Assembly (NCBI GenBank): GCA_040007355.1
Contig: JBDTVE010000251.1
Span: forward strand, 30,820-94,819
Reading direction: 5' to 3'
Length of the DNA: 64,000 bases
Source of the DNA: Bacteroidota bacterium
Lineage (GTDB): Bacteria; Bacteroidota; Bacteroidia; Chitinophagales; Chitinophagaceae
Of this stretch, positions 60,603-64,000 are shown piece after piece (position 1 is the stretch's first letter; every line of letters starts with the position of its first letter). The notes below the pieces were generated by a model, which was not told the origin of the DNA, did not search any database, and saw only the letters and a list, made by a program, of their open reading frames with translations. The position numbers were made by a program, and so were the translations under genes.

Positions 60603-63600
60603 TTGAGATTAACTTTGTCCCTGTTACTATGCTTGTTTGTTTCTTTCCTGGCGAAGGGACAAGCACCCGTTGCCGCTTTCACCGCGGATCTGGTCTCGGG
60701 ATGTTCTCCACTGACCGTAAGCTTTACCGATCAGTCTACCGGTTCGCCCATATCGTGGAATTGGGATTTTGGCGGGCAGTTATCAAATGCTCAAAATCCC
60801 CGGTTTAGCTTTTATCCCGGCACGTATACAATTACCCTCACCGTTCGGAACAGTTTTGGAATCAATTCTGTTACCAAGAGCAATTATATTGTAGCCAATC
60901 CCTCTCCAACGGCCAGTTTTGTTGCCGATAAAACAATTAGTTGTCTGCCCGGGAATATTCAATTTACGGATCTGTCTGTACCCAATGCAGGCAATATTAT
61001 TAAATGGGAATGGGACCTGGGAGATGGAACAAAGGATGCCAGCCAAAATCCAAAACATACCTATACTGCAGCAGGATACTACAATATATATTTAAAAGTA
61101 ACCAGCACCACCGGTTGTAGCAGCGCTACCTCCGCTGCAAGATATATAAGAATGGTAAACGGCGTTAAAGCCGATTTTAATACCACCGGACCAGCCACCT
61201 GCAAGCCTCCCTACAATATTTTTTATAATAATCTTACCAGCGGCCCCGGTAATATAACCTATAACTGGGACCTGGGGAATGGCAACACTTCAACCCTACC
61301 ATCTCCTACAGGCAATTATACAACAGCCGGAAGCTATACCGTTAAGCTAACAGCCCAAAGTGATTTTGGCTGCAGCGATGCTATCCAGAAAACCATCCCA
61401 ATCAACGGAATCACCACATCTTTCACCGTAAACAACGACAGCATTTGTTTGGGCAGCCCCGTTAGTTTTCAAAGTACCTCATCTCCCGCGCCCGTAAAAG
61501 TGTTATGGGATTTTGGTGATGGAACAAGCTCCGGCCAGCTTTCACCACCGCCAAAAATATATGCCAGCCCGGGAACCTACCCCGTAACCCTGTACGGAAC
61601 ATTTACCAGTTGTACGGATTCTGCTAAAAAGAACATAATTGTGTTTGGAAAACCAGCGGTAGATTTTTATTCCGCCGATAATAATAGCTCCTGCAAGGCA
61701 CCCGCCCCCGTAACTTTTCAAAATAATTCGCCGGATGTGGTAAGCGCACATTGGGATTTTGGCGATGGCAACAGCGGCAATTCTGTTGGCACCAGTTCGA
61801 TTGTGCATACCTATAACGCGTTGGGAAATTTTACGGTAACGCTTACCATAACCGATAGCCGGGGCTGTCAGAATACAATTTCCAAAACCAATTATGTAAA
61901 TATCCTGGGGCCCGTGGTCAGCATTGGCGGTGTTCCGCCCGGATTATGTGTAGGACAGAATTTTGCACCCAATTTTACCGGTGGAACCGTTGATGGAATA
62001 GCCTCCTATCTATGGCATTTTGGAGATGGAACTACCAGCACGGCCGCCAATCCAACCCATTCTTATGCCGTTACAGGCAATTACCAGGTTACGCTTGATA
62101 TTACGACCAACGGCGGGTGTTCGGCTTCAGGCTCAGCATCAAATACCATTAAGGTAGGCCAACCACCCCTTGTTGATTTTGATAAAGATCTGGTTTCAAT
62201 TTGTCATTCTTCAACCGTTGTTTTTACCAATTTATCAATCCCGCCCGGCGACTCGGTTCGCTGGAGTTTTGGTGACGGAACCAGTTCCATCGTCCAGAAT
62301 CCCTCGCATAAATTCCCGGATTCCGGTTTTTATAGCATAACATTAAAAGTAAGCAGCAATGGCTGCAGCAATTCATTAACCAAAACGGATTTTGTACATG
62401 TACTGCCACCGGTGGCCAATTTTGGTTATACCGTACCGGATTGTACCAACCGGTCCGGCGTGAATTTTATTGATTCTTCTGTAAATGACCCCGTGTATGG
62501 GCCACTGTCTTATCAATGGAGTTTTGGAGACCCGGCCGCAACGGTGGTAACAACGGCTCCGCCTGCGCCCATTACATTTACCTATCCTCCAGTATCTTCC
62601 TATATTACTTATAATGTGCAGTTGATTGTTGCCAATTCTCAGTGCGTTGATACAATTGTTAAACCGGTAAAGCTTTACAATGAGAATGCGGATTTTTTAC
62701 TGGCTAAACCGGTCTTTTGTCGCAATGAAACCGTTCAGTTGTCTTCTACCAACAATACTTCCTATGTAAGCCTTTTCGATTGGGTTGTAGACGGTGATTC
62801 AGCTATTACAAACCAGGCAGAACATGGTGTTTCTTTTGCTGTAACCGGTAGCCACAGTGCCCAACTGGTTACAACAGATGTAAATGGCTGCACCTCCACC
62901 AGCCCGCAAAAACCATTTACTGTTACGGGCCCAACCGCCCGGTTTAAGACAATCAGTAAAGGTGGCTGCAGCAACAGCACCATTGTGTTTACAGATTCTT
63001 CTTTTTCCAGTGGCACACTTACTAAATGGGTTTTTGATTTTGGTGATGGCACCGCGCCCAAGACTTATACAGCGCCGCCTTTTACCCATACTTATACCAA
63101 CACGGGTGCTTACGCTGTAACGCTTACTACCTATGACAATACCAGCAATAATTGCAGTGATGTTTACACCGATTCGGTCTTTATCACCAAACCCGTTACT
63201 CAATTTAATGCTGCCGCTACTACATTTTGCCCCGGCACCCCGCTCCAGTTTACGGATTCATCATCCGGCAACGGCTTAAGCTATGCCTGGTTTTTTGGCG
63301 ATGGTGGAACTGACACCGCGCGCAACCCTGTACACAACTATGCAGGCAGAGACAGCAGCTATTCAGTTAAATTGGTGGTAACGGATACAGTAGGCTGCGT
63401 GGATTCCCTGACCCGCAACAACTATATCAATATAAAAACGCCAAAGCCTTTTTATGGCGTTCAGGACACGGCCACGCTTTGCCCGCCGCTTGAAACAAAA
63501 TTTACTTATAAGGGAAAGGATGCGGAATCTTTTAGCTGGGATTTTGGAGACGGGGGCACATCCACTCTGGCCAATACCAGTCATTTCTATAATAATTTTG

Positions 63601-64000
63601 GGAAGTATGCCGCCAAATTATATGTAACCGGTTATGGTGGTTGTATTGATTCTGCCACCTTCAATATCACGTTAACCGACCCTATTGCAGCAACTGCTGT
63701 GAGTTTTATTCCGGACCCGGCCCAGGCATGCAATAACCTGACCGTTAATTTTACAATAACCCCTCCGTATTCCGCCCGCTTTACCTTTTATTTTGGCGAT
63801 GGGGGTGCTGATTCCTCACAACAGACATCTATTCAGCATCTTTATAATTTCCCCAGCAATTATTTCCCTTATGTTTTTTTACAGGACAGCGTGGGATGCC
63901 AGGCAGTAAAAGGCGGCCTGGGATCTATTAATATACTGGGAGCCGTGCCGTTGTTTGGAACCGATAAAGACCGCTTCTGCGATAGTGGTTCGGTTTATTT
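60603..64000 (+). pseudogene. PKD-repeat protein, tandem paralog of 55708..60510. It is frameshifted (+1) at the T6 run 62693-62698 and 3'-truncated by the window end.
   Basis: By hand translation, the frame from TTG 60603 (upstream stop TGA 60579-81) is open to TAA 62706-08 (701 codons). The frame one nt forward is open from 62671 to nt 64000. Both encode PKD-like modules. This ORF is not present in the supplied ORF track. Confidence 0.65.

Noticed and set aside
62692-62699. T TTT TTA resembles a classical -1 programmed frameshift heptamer
   Set aside because: The productive downstream frame is reached by +1 (or -2), not -1. The -1 frame reads TWLNRSFVAM... and stops after about 24 codons. 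I also saw no downstream pseudoknot.
60783-63584. Seven short track ORFs within this span: six on the minus strand (for example 62799..63203) and one on the plus strand (62884..63120)
   Set aside because: All overlap the long plus-strand PKD-repeat reading frames, which have strong repeated-domain signatures. These short ORFs are the only ones the track shows here and they are spurious.
1-64000. Scan for tRNA/rRNA genes, CRISPR arrays, IS elements with terminal inverted repeats, and known defence or toxin-antitoxin gene pairs
   Set aside because: I noticed no T-loop GGTTCGAAT-type sequences, no regularly spaced direct repeats and no transposase other than the solitary RayT-like gene. No adjacent small-gene pairs with toxin-antitoxin-like features were recognised. 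By-eye scanning of 64 kb is not exhaustive.

Overview
This 64-kb window looks like an ordinary, mostly housekeeping chromosomal segment of a Bacteroidota-type genome. That placement is inferred from T9SS type-B C-terminal sorting domains, the DUF4105, DUF5916 and DUF1080 families, and one TAnnTTTG-type promoter box. I can support about 47 protein-coding genes. They include DNA repair and recombination genes (Lhr-like helicase with PdeM, an S24/LexA-like regulator, DprA, RecN) and central metabolism genes (gltA, guaB, fabI, trpS, gatC, queE, surE, a PduO-type adenosyltransferase, a deoxynucleoside kinase). There is also a glycan-related block (GH2, GMC oxidoreductase, DUF1080, FG-GAP/ASPIC protein), several envelope proteins and three very large secreted repeat proteins. 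I saw no rRNA, tRNA, CRISPR array, IS element or recognisable defence or toxin system, and I found no convincing wholly new multi-gene system. The observations most worth a second look are these. (1) A PKD-repeat ORF of more than 1,100 codons at 60603-64000 is absent from the supplied ORF track. It is a tandem paralog of the 1600-aa T9SS adhesin upstream and is interrupted by a +1 frameshift in a T6 run. (2) A solitary RayT/IS200-like HUH tyrosine transposase gene carries two GC-rich REP-like hairpins and a 21-nt tandem duplication inside its own coding sequence. (3) Three multi-frameshifted gene relics (a DUF5597-like fragment, an FG-GAP fragment and an AraC regulator) lie around the GH2/GMC/DUF1080/FG-GAP block. 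(4) The Lhr-like helicase has its Q-motif region upstream of the only canonical start codon. (5) A 1.2-kb ORF-poor stretch lies at 9140-10355. All product calls rest on motifs read from the translations and on remembered family signatures. No database search was possible.
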